The notes beneath the pieces were generated by a model that made no database searches, was not told the DNA's origin, and worked only from the letters and a program-made list of their open reading frames with translations. Source: an uncultured Methanobrevibacter sp. (GTDB lineage Archaea > Methanobacteriota > Methanobacteria > Methanobacteriales > Methanobacteriaceae). Taken from it: 64,000 nucleotides of DNA. The DNA is taken from NCBI GenBank assembly GCA_946408925.1, contig CAMJUE010000003.1, positions 14,628 to 78,627 on the forward strand. The letters are read 5' to 3'. A program made the translations under genes and the position numbers. This document shows, in pieces, positions 42,997 through 52,819 of this stretch. Position 1 is the first letter of the stretch, and each line of letters starts with the position of its first letter.

Positions 42997-44709
42997 CTAA
43001 TTGAATCTCACATAGGACTTGTTGAATCCTAAAACATTCGTATACTCGAATTCACAATTGTTTTCTCGTAATTTCTTGATTGTTTGAGATTCACTGAATT
43101 TATCATTAGAAAATGGGTTATATAGATTGCCGTTATCTATAAACTGGATTACTGCCTTATCCTTCATTATTCTTACTGTAATGTCGATTTCATCTACTGA
43201 AAGTTCATGTTCAAGAATGTTTTCGCATATTCCATTCACTGATGATAAGAATAGCTGGGCATTGTCCTTGAATATTGTTTCAATTTTTTCTAAAATTTCT
43301 TTAGGATATTCCTTTTTGCCTTTATGATATGTGAAATTAACATGATTTGAATCCTGAAGCAATAGGATACTTTTGATTTCATTTTTATGAGATCTTTGGA
43401 GATGTATGGCCATTCCAATATAAATTAAAATAGGCATTGTTTCAGACAACAGAATCGCAATCCATATGCCGATTCCGCCTAAAATGTGAGTCAATATCAA
43501 TGCGGCCGTAATGGAAATCAGAAACTCTTCGGTAAATATGATTATGAATGAAATCCTGTTTTGTTCAATGGCCTGAGCATAATTGGCCAAGAGATATGAC
43601 AAGCATCTGCCGATCAATCCGAATGAGGTTATGCGTATTGAAAAACTAACGATTTCAACATATGTTGGATCGGTAATGTTGAACAGCTTAATCAATATAT
43701 CCGGATAGACAAAGAAAAGAGCCGCAATAGGCACGCTGACAATTAGAATCTGCTTGATTGATTTTTTGATTATGTATTGCACAGCCTTGAAGTCCATTTC
43801 CTTATAGAACACCGCCACAATCGGACTCATCGCCTTCATGATTCCGGAAAGGACAATGTATACGAAAGTTTCGGAGTTGTCATATACAAGAAAAGCCAAA
43901 AGTCCCGCCGCACCGTAATAGGTGGAGCAGAGATATGTGAAAACCGCCATCTGAATTGAGAAGAAAATCTTTCCGACGACCTCTGGAGTGTTGAGAAGTA
44001 TGGTTTTGAAGGAATTCAACACCTGTCCTATCTTCATTTTAGCGACTGAAACGAAATGGAAGGTACGGTTTTCACTGAACAGGTATTTTGAGATATAGAC
44101 CACACCTACGGCATATCCGACAACTGTTGATAGAGCCGCTCCTTCAATTCCCATATTGAAGCCTTTCATGAATACAAAGTCGAATATTATATTCGTAATA
44201 TTGGCTATCAGCACTGAATAGAAAGGCAAATTAGGATATCCGTCAGAACGAATGAAATATGAAATCACTATAATGAAACAGTTTAGCGGATAGAAGAACA
44301 TTATTGAAAACAGATAGCTTTTAGCCTGATTGAAAATGTTTGAGGGAATGTTAAACATGTGCAGTATATTGTCGGCAAAAAAGAATATTGACACAATATA
44401 TATTAGGGAGACTGTGACAATCCCGATAATTGAAACCGTGAAATAAAAATTGGACTTTTCCTCATCCAAATCAGATTTTGCCCTTAAGGCCAGCAAACTG
44501 CCTCCCTGACCAAAAAGGATATATAAAATGCCTGTAAAATAAAGCAAGGGAGATACTGAATTTATTGGAGAGAGCTTTGAACCTCCAATAATCATTCCAA
44601 TTATTATGACATCTATAACGACTGCAATCTTTTCAGACATTACCATGAACAATGTGGGAATCAACAGCTCATAATACTTGTCCTTTAAGAATTGATATTT
44701 CCTTTCCAT
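42997..44709 (-). CDS. MATE family efflux transporter with a degenerate C-terminal HATPase_c-like domain
   Basis: About 12 TM segments with NIIFDFVF...GIEGAALST. Tail ENILEH...FIDNG..YNP...VLGFN. Confidence 0.8.
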   Translation of the reverse strand: MERKYQFLKDKYYELLIPTLFMVMSEKIAVVIDVIIIGMIIGGSKLSPINSVSPLLYFTGILYILFGQGGSLLALRAKSDLDEEKSNFYFTVSIIGIVTVSLIYIVSIFFFADNILHMFNIPSNIFNQAKSYLFSIMFFYPLNCFIIVISYFIRSDGYPNLPFYSVLIANITNIIFDFVFMKGFNMGIEGAALSTVVGYAVGVVYISKYLFSENRTFHFVSVAKMKIGQVLNSFKTILLNTPEVVGKIFFSIQMAVFTYLCSTYYGAAGLLAFLVYDNSETFVYIVLSGIMKAMSPIVAVFYKEMDFKAVQYIIKKSIKQILIVSVPIAALFFVYPDILIKLFNITDPTYVEIVSFSIRITSFGLIGRCLSYLLANYAQAIEQNRISFIIIFTEEFLISITAALILTHILGGIGIWIAILLSETMPILIYIGMAIHLQRSHKNEIKSILLLQDSNHVNFTYHKGKKEYPKEILEKIETIFKDNAQLFLSSVNGICENILEHELSVDEIDITVRIMKDKAVIQFIDNGNLYNPFSNDKFSESQTIKKLRENNCEFEYTNVLGFNKSYVRFN

Positions 44710-45031
44710 AATATAATATTTAATTTGCATCTATATAATTGCAATTCTTTCAATAAATGTATCTTTCTGAAAATCAAGAAGACATATATTCAGAACCAAT
44801 CCAGGAGTTTTGATAGGAACATCTTTCGTAAATCTAATCTGAAAACAAAATCGACAAATTTTTTCTAAGAGTCTAAATCTTTATTAATTACAAATTATTA
44901 AGTTATAGTATTGAATCTATATTTCATAATTTAAAGATTAACATTTTTCTTCATAATATTGTTAAAATGAAATAATGATTAATATTTTTATTAGTTTACA
45001 AATTAATTGTATTTTTATTAGAGGTTATTTA

Positions 45032-45406
45032 ATGAAAATTGATGGTGAAGTTACAACCGGTTTGGGAAAGGCAGCATATTTCCTGTCACAGGAATTTTAC
45101 ACAAGGGAATTTAAGAAAAATCTGGGATTCATACCATACCCAGGAACACTGAACATCATCGTAAGCGATGACTACCTTGATGAAATCAATGAGGTTAAGG
45201 ACAGTTGTGAAAACATTATCAAGCCGGACACAGAATTTGGAGCAGTAAACTATATTGAAGCTGTTTTAAATGATGAAATTGAAGGCGCAATAGTTTTTCC
45301 GGCAAAAACAACTCATGATGAAAATTATCTGGAGTTCATTGCTGAAGATAGGTTAAGGGATAAATTGGGCATTGAAGATGGAGATATTGTATCTTTGGAA
45401 TTTTGA
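45032..45406 (+). CDS. ribK: CTP-dependent riboflavin kinase (archaeal)
   Basis: G.V.TGLGKA..F, LGF.PYPGTLN, P.KT.H....EFIA...LR. Start at the ATG after GAGGT. Confidence 0.92.
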   Translation: MKIDGEVTTGLGKAAYFLSQEFYTREFKKNLGFIPYPGTLNIIVSDDYLDEINEVKDSCENIIKPDTEFGAVNYIEAVLNDEIEGAIVFPAKTTHDENYLEFIAEDRLRDKLGIEDGDIVSLEF

Positions 45407-45410
45407 TACC

Positions 45411-45428
45411 ACAAACTATTTTATATAT
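45411..45428 (+). promoter_or_regulatory. archaeal BRE/TATA promoter of the riboswitch-ribB transcript
   Basis: CAAACTATTTTATATAT, with TTTATATA at 45420-45427, about 25 nt upstream of the aptamer 5' end. Confidence 0.6.
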
Positions 45429-45445
45429 GACGAATATATTTTTTA

Positions 45446-45580
45446 ATACGTTCTCAGGGGAGGGTGAAAATCCCCACCGGTGGTGATTTTTAAAATAAAA
45501 TAAGTCCACGAGCACCAGGAAGTGCTGATTTGGTGAGATTCCAAAACCGACGGTGACAGTCCGGATGAAAGAGAAGATAA
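45446..45580 (+). ncRNA. FMN riboswitch (RFN element) aptamer
   Basis: P1 TTCTC/GAGAA; AGGG-TGAAAAT-CCC; ACCGGTGG...AGTCCACGA; AGCAC/GTGCT; TTTGG-TGAGATT-CCAAA; ACCGACGG-TGACAGT-CCGGATG. These match the RFN consensus elements in order, upstream of ribB. Confidence 0.93.
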
Positions 45581-45633
45581 TAGATTATATAGTTATTTTT
45601 AACCCTGGTTCTAGTAAATAAGGAGATATTACT

Positions 45634-46317
45634 ATGAATCAAGAAACTAATTTAGACAAAGCATTAGAAGCCATCAGGAATGGTGAATTTGTACTAGTTT
45701 TTGACGACGATGACAGGGAAGGGGAAGTTGACATGATTATCGCTTCCGAATTTGTAACCCCTAAATCAATTGCAACAATGAGAAACGATGCAGGCGGATT
45801 AATCTGCAACTGTCTACACTCTGATTTTTGTGATGCAATACATTTGCCTTTCATGGTTGACATTATGGCAGCGGCAACCGAAAAATATCCGGAACTTGCC
45901 GAACTTGCACCTAACGACATTCCATATGATGAGAGATCCTCATTTTCAGTTTGGGCAAATCACAGAAAATCATTCACTGGTGTAACAGACCATGACAGAG
46001 CAATGACCATTAGCGAAATGGCTTTGATGATGAAAGAAGAAAGATTTGATGAATTTGGTGCAACATTCCGCTCACCGGGCCATGTATGTCTTTTAAGAGG
46101 AGCAGACGGACTTGTCAAAAACCGTCAGGGACACACTGAAATCGGCCTTGCATTATGTGAAATGGCTGGTGTGACTCCTGTATGTGTGGTTTGTGAGATG
46201 ATGGATGGTGAAACCGGACAGGCCACCAGTGTTGCAGATGCTCGCAAATACGCCGAAGAGAACGGTTTAATACTATTAAAAGGCGAAGATATTATTAATA
46301 AATATTTAGAAGAATAG
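45634..46317 (+). CDS. ribB: 3,4-dihydroxy-2-butanone 4-phosphate synthase (archaeal type)
   Basis: DDDDREGEVD, GLIC, archaeal insert LPF...DIPYDERSSF, TGVTDHDR, FRSPGHV, RQGHTE, CEM. Preceded by an AGGAG SD. Confidence 0.95.
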   Translation: MNQETNLDKALEAIRNGEFVLVFDDDDREGEVDMIIASEFVTPKSIATMRNDAGGLICNCLHSDFCDAIHLPFMVDIMAAATEKYPELAELAPNDIPYDERSSFSVWANHRKSFTGVTDHDRAMTISEMALMMKEERFDEFGATFRSPGHVCLLRGADGLVKNRQGHTEIGLALCEMAGVTPVCVVCEMMDGETGQATSVADARKYAEENGLILLKGEDIINKYLEE

Positions 46318-46731
46318 CTAATGAGGCTGATTGCACTTATTGGCTATGTATTGAGCAACAAATTCCATAATTTGTTGATATTTGTAGGAATTATAAATGC
46401 TGAATGCGACATATCTGCCGTCATGCATTTTAATTTCTAAACCATTTTTCATTTCTTTTGACTTGTTTATTTGAGAAATTTTATTCCAGGGAACTCTTAA
46501 TGTCTTGCTTTTCAATGCTTTTTCTATATGAATTCCGTCATCCTGGAATTTTACAACCTTAACCAGACGGCGGTTGATATCGGAATTTATTTGGATGTCG
46601 CCGTTTTCATCAAAAACATAATCCGGAATTAGACAGGTTGCCTTCCAGCCCTGTTTCATTTTTTTAAGAACATGTGCCCTGTCTTTTTTTGTAAGCTTAA
46701 CTCCCTTTTCAGGACTCAGATTAAGTGCCAT
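46318..46731 (-). CDS. hypothetical protein (possible PH-like fold)
   Basis: 137-aa ORF abutting the upstream gene, with an F.DDGI.I......VPW..I pattern. Confidence 0.6.
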   Translation of the reverse strand: MALNLSPEKGVKLTKKDRAHVLKKMKQGWKATCLIPDYVFDENGDIQINSDINRRLVKVVKFQDDGIHIEKALKSKTLRVPWNKISQINKSKEMKNGLEIKMHDGRYVAFSIYNSYKYQQIMEFVAQYIANKCNQPH

Positions 46732-48225
46732 TTATATCACCTTTCTTTTTATTTCTTCAAATGTGTAGATTTTGTTGAATTCAACTTCACGAGCCATACT
46801 TATTATTAAATCAATGTCCAGATTTTCTTCAACTAAATCCATTGCATGTGATGTAAAGAGTTCATATCTTATTTCAACTTCAGGAATGAATCCTCTCATG
46901 TCCGCTGATTTTAATTTAGGCAACTTTAAAACATTTTTCACATTTGTATTGTTCATTATGTATGGCACGACATTGTCGAATATATCGTCATTGTATACTT
47001 TATTTAATAGGATTGCCTCCACATCCACACCGAATTTTTCAAGCATATTCGCATGTGACACCAGATCAATTGCCGCAGATTCTATACCTCCTTTGTTCAC
47101 TCCTGATGCAAGTATCATCGGTATATTTGAGGACATTGCAATTTCCGCAGCTGAAAACGGCACTTTTTCATTTAAAAGACCTGTAAATACACTCATCACT
47201 CCTTCTATCAGCACGATATCATAGTCTGAGTTGTTCAGTATATTTACTGTAGATTCAATATCCTTCCATCCGAGGTGTCCAATTTTTACAGATGCGAACT
47301 CCTCCATTTTACCTTTTGTCAGGTATAATCCCGGTATGATGTCGCGCACATCGGGACCGACTTTAAGAAGAGCCACCTTATAGCCTCTTTTTGTCAGTGC
47401 ACCTGCAAGGCCTGTTACGATAAATGTTTTGCCTGAGTCTGATCCGTTGCTTCCAATCATCAGGTATTTAGGTTTGCCCATAGGTTTTATCTGAGGTATT
47501 TTAATTCCTGTATGGATTCCAACCTCATTTCGAAGATATTTTTTAACTTCACCGTTTCTATTGTAGATGTCGTCAATGTTTGAAGCGTCTATTTGTTCTA
47601 AAAGATTGTCTACAATAAGGGGATTTTCATCGAGTATTCCATGAATCATTGTACCTATAACGTTTCCGTCATCGTTGCATGCTCCCGAAAAGATGTTGTA
47701 TTCTCCACTTTTGTTTGTATCGCCATAATTCATTCTTTGAACCTGTGAGTAGAATAACGGCTTTGCATCTCCTTCAACCTTGCCGTAGGTATGTGTGTGA
47801 AAACCGTCAACATCTTCAGTTTGGTTTTTGGTTAAAAATGAGTTGTCAAATACCTTTGCCTTCACCCGGTCGCTTGTAATCAGCGGTGAGAAATCAACAT
47901 CAATCAGTCCAAGGCCCGGTTTAACTATCGGGACCGGGGATTTTCGGCCAATATCGATCTGATTGGACAGTAACTGAAAGCCTGCACATATTCCAATTAC
48001 GGGTTTTCCGTCACGGGCCATTTTTTTTATTTCGGCATTCAGTCCCATGTTAATGTCATTGGACTCTATCAGTGTTCCGCCGGGGATGATTAATGCATCA
48101 AGTTCACTGCTGGCTTTATTTCCATTAACAAGTCCATTTTCTTTAACAATATCAGTCGGTAAGCATCCGAAATCTTCAAATCCCGGAACTGCTCCTTTTA
48201 TATAAGCTAACCCTATTTTTGTCAT
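46732..48225 (-). CDS. CobQ/CbiA-related amidotransferase with N-terminal GATase and C-terminal ATPase domains
   Basis: IIPGG, GICAGFQ and GTMIHG (class I GATase), then SNGSDSGKT, KVGPD, IEGVM and ILLNKV (CbiA-like P-loop). Confidence 0.8.
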   Translation of the reverse strand: MTKIGLAYIKGAVPGFEDFGCLPTDIVKENGLVNGNKASSELDALIIPGGTLIESNDINMGLNAEIKKMARDGKPVIGICAGFQLLSNQIDIGRKSPVPIVKPGLGLIDVDFSPLITSDRVKAKVFDNSFLTKNQTEDVDGFHTHTYGKVEGDAKPLFYSQVQRMNYGDTNKSGEYNIFSGACNDDGNVIGTMIHGILDENPLIVDNLLEQIDASNIDDIYNRNGEVKKYLRNEVGIHTGIKIPQIKPMGKPKYLMIGSNGSDSGKTFIVTGLAGALTKRGYKVALLKVGPDVRDIIPGLYLTKGKMEEFASVKIGHLGWKDIESTVNILNNSDYDIVLIEGVMSVFTGLLNEKVPFSAAEIAMSSNIPMILASGVNKGGIESAAIDLVSHANMLEKFGVDVEAILLNKVYNDDIFDNVVPYIMNNTNVKNVLKLPKLKSADMRGFIPEVEIRYELFTSHAMDLVEENLDIDLIISMAREVEFNKIYTFEEIKRKVI

Positions 48226-48263
48226 TATTTTTCATCTCAATTAAAGGTGCATTTCAACTGTAA

Positions 48264-49139
48264 TCAGTATGTTTTATTTAAAGGTAATAGAGGGTATAGT
48301 GTAGTGCATTTCACGTCCCTGTTTCCAAAACTTGCACGCCCCCAGGGGTTGGAAAATATGCAGTCTGTATCTACACAGATATTGTCGAATGTAACAAAGA
48401 AGTGTCTATGAGGATACTTTAAGTATCCTACATGGACAATGCGCAGCTCATGGTCTTTTGTAATATCAAGTGCCTCGCATAATTGCAAGAATAATTCACA
48501 ATGGCAGCAGCAATTTCCTTTTTTCCTGTTTAGGGTTTCTGTTGGTGTTTGATAAAATCCATTATCGGTTTCATGTTCTATATTGTCATTAACCCATTTC
48601 GCTAATTTTTTTGCCGCATCCACTCCGGTTGATTTACCTGCAATTGATTTTGCCAATTTTTCTATTTCTGAAGTCACTTCACAAGTATATGATGTTTCTC
48701 CCTCTTCTTCAGTTATGTTAACAGTGCTGTTATCAATTGATTTTATGATTTTACAGTCAATAAAAGTTATATTTGATGTAGTGTTTATTGATAAATTTAA
48801 CAATACCGGACAGATATTTTTAAATGTTAAATTTTTCACTGTAAAATTTAAATTGTCACTAACTTCAAACAATGCTCCCGGTTGGCCATTGCAATCGATT
48901 ATTTCATCATGACCTGTTATTGTGAGGTTTTTATCGATTTCAATTGCTGTTTCATTAGGAAGATAAGTATAGTTTTTGGATATTTCCACATTTTCATTAT
49001 TTTTTATTATCTGATTTAATTCAGTAAAATTACCATAATTATCTGATACATCGCTACTGTTTGAAATTTCATTTGCCGATACACAGGACATCGACAAAAT
49101 GGCACATACTAAAAAGTAAATAATAATCAGTTTTTTGAT
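48264..49139 (-). CDS. secreted transglutaminase-like (Cys-His-Asp) protein; the start codon appears as ATC
   Basis: Y..P.ETL..K.GNCC, H, D triad pattern. An in-frame signal peptide IKKLIIIYFLVCAILSMSCVSA begins at ATC 49139, after GAGGTG. Confidence 0.7.
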   Translation of the reverse strand: MKKLIIIYFLVCAILSMSCVSANEISNSSDVSDNYGNFTELNQIIKNNENVEISKNYTYLPNETAIEIDKNLTITGHDEIIDCNGQPGALFEVSDNLNFTVKNLTFKNICPVLLNLSINTTSNITFIDCKIIKSIDNSTVNITEEEGETSYTCEVTSEIEKLAKSIAGKSTGVDAAKKLAKWVNDNIEHETDNGFYQTPTETLNRKKGNCCCHCELFLQLCEALDITKDHELRIVHVGYLKYPHRHFFVTFDNICVDTDCIFSNPWGRASFGNRDVKCTTLYPLLPLNKTY

Positions 49140-49508
49140 ATTTTCACCTCATTTAAATATAATTCAATAATTTTAATTTCACTTCAACTTTATATTTTTC
49201 AAATATCTTATATAAACCTTTTTATATGCTAAATCAATTTAAAATTGCTTAATTTTTTATAATAATCTTTTTTTTAGTTAAAAATTCAACTTTCAAGTAA
49301 TATTTTTTTGAATTTAGTCGCCTAAAGATTAAATTATAATATTATTATTTTTATGGTTTTAGTGTTTTTGAAATTAAAAATAATCACTGTCCACAGTATA
49401 ATATTAAATATGTAACATTTTAACCTTATTTTAAGAAAAAATAGATAGTAATAAAGTTTTTTAGGTTGATAAATTAAAAAAAACGATGTTTTTTATAAAA
49501 AAAAGAAG

Positions 49509-50879
49509 TCATTGAGTGTTTTCGAAAACACTCATAGCTTTGATAATTTTCAAATCATCCAATGGTTTTGCCTGAATCTGCAATCCGACAGGAATGCCGT
49601 CAACTTTACCGGCAGGAATACTTGCTGCCGGAATACCTGCAAGATTAGCTATTACTGTTAAAATATCGTAAGCATACATTTCCATAGGTTCTAACTCAGC
49701 TCCAATTTCGTGAGGAAGTTTAGGAACGGTTGGACCTACAATCAAATCAACATTTTCAAGCATGGATGTGATTTCGCCTCTGATAACTGATCTTGCTTTC
49801 AATGCCTGCTTATAGTATTTACCGCTGAACTCAGCTTCTGCAATATGTGATCCGATTTTGATTCTTCTTAACACTTCATCTCCACATACCTCTTCGATTC
49901 TGGAACCGTAATCTCTTCCATCATATTTTCTTGTTGCAGAGAAGAATTCCACATAGTTGATTAAGTAATATGTAGGTAAACATAAGTCAATATAGTCAAA
50001 ACTTACTTCAACAAGTTCAGCACCTGCATCAACCAGTTTTTGAATAGCCTTATTAACTGTCTTGTTGATTTCATCATCAGTAACATCAATGAATTCTTTA
50101 CATACAGCTATTTTCATGCCTTCTAAACCGGTGTCATCCAATACTTCTGTAAAGTCCGGTTTGTCCCAGTTTAATGTGGTACATTCGGTTTCATCATACT
50201 TTGCAATTGTATTCAATGCTAAAGCTATTCCGCTCACATCATTTGCCAGCGGTCCGATTTGATCTAAACTCATTGATAAATCCAGAAGACCCTGTCTTGA
50301 TACAGCACCGTAAGTTGGTTTGAATCCTACCACTCCACAGTGGGATGCCGGATTTCTGATGGATCCGCCGGTATCTGAACCGATACTGATGTCACACATT
50401 TCAGCTGCAATTGCCGCTGCACAACCTCCTGAAGAACCTCCAGGAATTCTGCCCATTGCTGCAGGGTTTTGGGTCGGTCCGTAGTATGAGGTTTCGGTTG
50501 AGCTTCCTGCTGCGAATTCATCCATATTTAAAATACCAATGATTATACCGTCTTGTGCAAGAATTTCATCAACTACAGTTGCGTTATAGCTTCCGATATA
50601 GTCTTCAAGGGTTTTGGAAGCTGCAGATATGATTAAGTCTTCAACATTAATGTTTGCTTTTATACCAAATACCAGACCAGCTAAAGCACCGACATCTTCG
50701 CCGTTTGCGATTTTTTCATCAATAGCTTCTGCCTGTTTTAATGCATTTTCATAGTTCAATTCAATGAATGCATTAATCTCATCGTTATTTTCATCGATAA
50801 CTTTAATGAAGCTTTCCACATTTTCTTTAGCTGTCATTTCTCCATTTTTTATGGAGTTCAATTTTTCAATAACGTTCAT
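49509..50879 (-). CDS. gatA: Asp-tRNA(Asn)/Glu-tRNA(Gln) amidotransferase subunit A
   Basis: NMDEFA.GS, PGGSSGG, GSDTGGSIRNPA, KPTYG.VSR.GL, EV.RRI.IG, YY..A.KAR. Confidence 0.95.
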   Translation of the reverse strand: MNVIEKLNSIKNGEMTAKENVESFIKVIDENNDEINAFIELNYENALKQAEAIDEKIANGEDVGALAGLVFGIKANINVEDLIISAASKTLEDYIGSYNATVVDEILAQDGIIIGILNMDEFAAGSSTETSYYGPTQNPAAMGRIPGGSSGGCAAAIAAEMCDISIGSDTGGSIRNPASHCGVVGFKPTYGAVSRQGLLDLSMSLDQIGPLANDVSGIALALNTIAKYDETECTTLNWDKPDFTEVLDDTGLEGMKIAVCKEFIDVTDDEINKTVNKAIQKLVDAGAELVEVSFDYIDLCLPTYYLINYVEFFSATRKYDGRDYGSRIEEVCGDEVLRRIKIGSHIAEAEFSGKYYKQALKARSVIRGEITSMLENVDLIVGPTVPKLPHEIGAELEPMEMYAYDILTVIANLAGIPAASIPAGKVDGIPVGLQIQAKPLDDLKIIKAMSVFENTQ

Positions 50880-51118
50880 TAAAACACCTTAATAATCGTA
50901 AATTATAATACTATTAGTTTATTTTTCAACATTTATATAGTTGTTTTTTTTTAAGGTGATTTTTGTTAATTTTTGAGTTTTAAGGTTGCTTTACCAATTT
51001 TAATAATAACTAATTTATTGAGATGTTAATTTTTCATCTTTGTTTTGTCTTTTTGCGACCTTGTTCATGAAAAATAGTAAAAATAAGTAAAAAAAGTTGA
51101 TGCTCCCTGATTTTCGAC

Positions 51119-52739
51119 TCATGCCGTATCAGGGATTCTTTCATTGGTATTCTGTCTGATCCAGTTTGTACCCATACTGTTGTAACAGTTTTTAGTTTCC
51201 AGTTTCACCTTTTTTGACAGCTTGTAATTGAGTTTAACAACCAAACCAATTCCTGCAAATTTGGATTTGAAATATTTCACAGATACCCAATCCGTCGGCA
51301 CCCTGCTTGCTCCTCCTACATTGTAATCTCCATAGGAATTGCTCACCAGAATCTTTTTGCCGTCCCTGCTCACATCAATGTTTGAAACGTAATGATTTGG
51401 AAGGAACGCTATTAGTGCGGCTCCTTTTTTAAGTTTCTTTATTGCGCTGTTGAAAGAGTTTGAGTAGAAGTAATCGGCCTTGAAGTGATGTTTTCCCAAA
51501 ACATTCTTTATAACCGGAATGTTGACGCCGTCTGTAACGCGCATCTTGATTTGGAAATATTTTTCGGAATAATAGTTTTTAAGAACCTGGCTGCATACGC
51601 TGGCGGAGGTAGGTCCGCAGGTATACTCCTTGTTTTGAACATCCCTCACTTCAGCATAGGTATATGACTTTCCGTTAAGTGAAACGGTTATTGTTGGCCA
51701 GTAGCTTTTCTTATTCTTTTTGACAAGTTTCTTGTAAAGCTCCCTTTCAATCACATTCCATTTTTCACGCTTCAGGATATGGTATGTTTTAGGGGATTCC
51801 TTTGTCTTGAAGAAGGTGTATTTTGACAACTTTCCGTATAAAAACAAAGTGTAGCTGTCCCTTTTGAGAACCTCTCTGTAATGTGACTTTTTAAGGTGTA
51901 TTTTGTGCTGCCATCACCCATAACAAAATTGGCCGGCATCACATCAATGTCCGGAACTCCATTTTTTGTCTTGACCTTTGTTTTCAGGGGGTTTTTGACA
52001 TTGCCTTTTATGCATTTGACCTTTTTGGAGACCTTATAGTTTCCGTAGCTCACTTCAATATCATATGTTCCAGCGCCCATTTTCGGCTTTATAATCGCAT
52101 ACCCTTCAGTTGTGGTTTTTGCCGTAAATGCCCTGTTTCCAATTTTGATTTTTATGGTCTTTTTTGAGATTGAAGTTTTTGGTCCGCTCAGATATACTCT
52201 ATGATAGCCGTTTGTTAGAAGCTTTTCGTTTCCAATGCTTATTGAAAGGGAATTTTCAATATAGACCTTAAGTGTTTTATTGAAGGATTTATATTGATTA
52301 TCTCCTGTAAATGAAACATCCAACAGCACACTTGACTGTGCTGAATCTATCTTTACACTTGCCATACCGTTGGAGTTTGTTGTTTTTTCATAAGTCTGAT
52401 TATCAATTTTGATTTTCAACTCCTTACCGGATAGGCAGATCCCTTCATGTCGGTTAAATAGATTTGATAATCATTTCCATTTTTAACAAAGTTTGTGTTG
52501 GTTGTTATTTTTAAATCCTTTTTTGGCTATTCTGTTTCTTCTTTTAATGTATTTTCATTGACTTCATTGCTTTTCACTATACCGGTATCATTTTGTGAAT
52601 CCTTATTTATAACATTGAGTGTGTCATGATTTTCGTCAATTTCAAGCATTTGTGTTGAGTTCGAATCCTCGGCCGATACCGCTGAAACGGCAATGAAGAG
52701 TAAAATAGCAAAAATAATTATTGTCGCACATTTCTTCAT
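51119..52739 (-). pseudogene. disrupted adhesin-like protein with a C39-like cysteine peptidase domain
   Basis: Three fragments join into signal peptide + Ig-like repeats + Q...YTCGPTS...NHY...VSNS. Lesions: TAG at 52527-52529, a frameshift near 52450 and a frameshift in the A5 run at 51888-51892. Confidence 0.75.
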
Positions 52740-52819
52740 ATTAGTAATTATAATTAAATATAATACTTTGAGTAATCTTTCATCGATAATTATTTACATT
52801 TCCAAATCAAATTTTAATC

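Noticed and set aside
49312-49330. TTTAGTCGCCTAAA as a DtxR/IdeR-type iron box
   Set aside because: The spacer is one base shorter than the usual TTTAG-N5-CTAAA, it is a single copy, and no metal-uptake gene is adjacent.
52527-52529. In-frame TAG as possible pyrrolysine readthrough
   Set aside because: The same gene also has two frameshifts, Methanobacteriales are not known to encode Pyl, and TAG is a normal stop elsewhere in the window.
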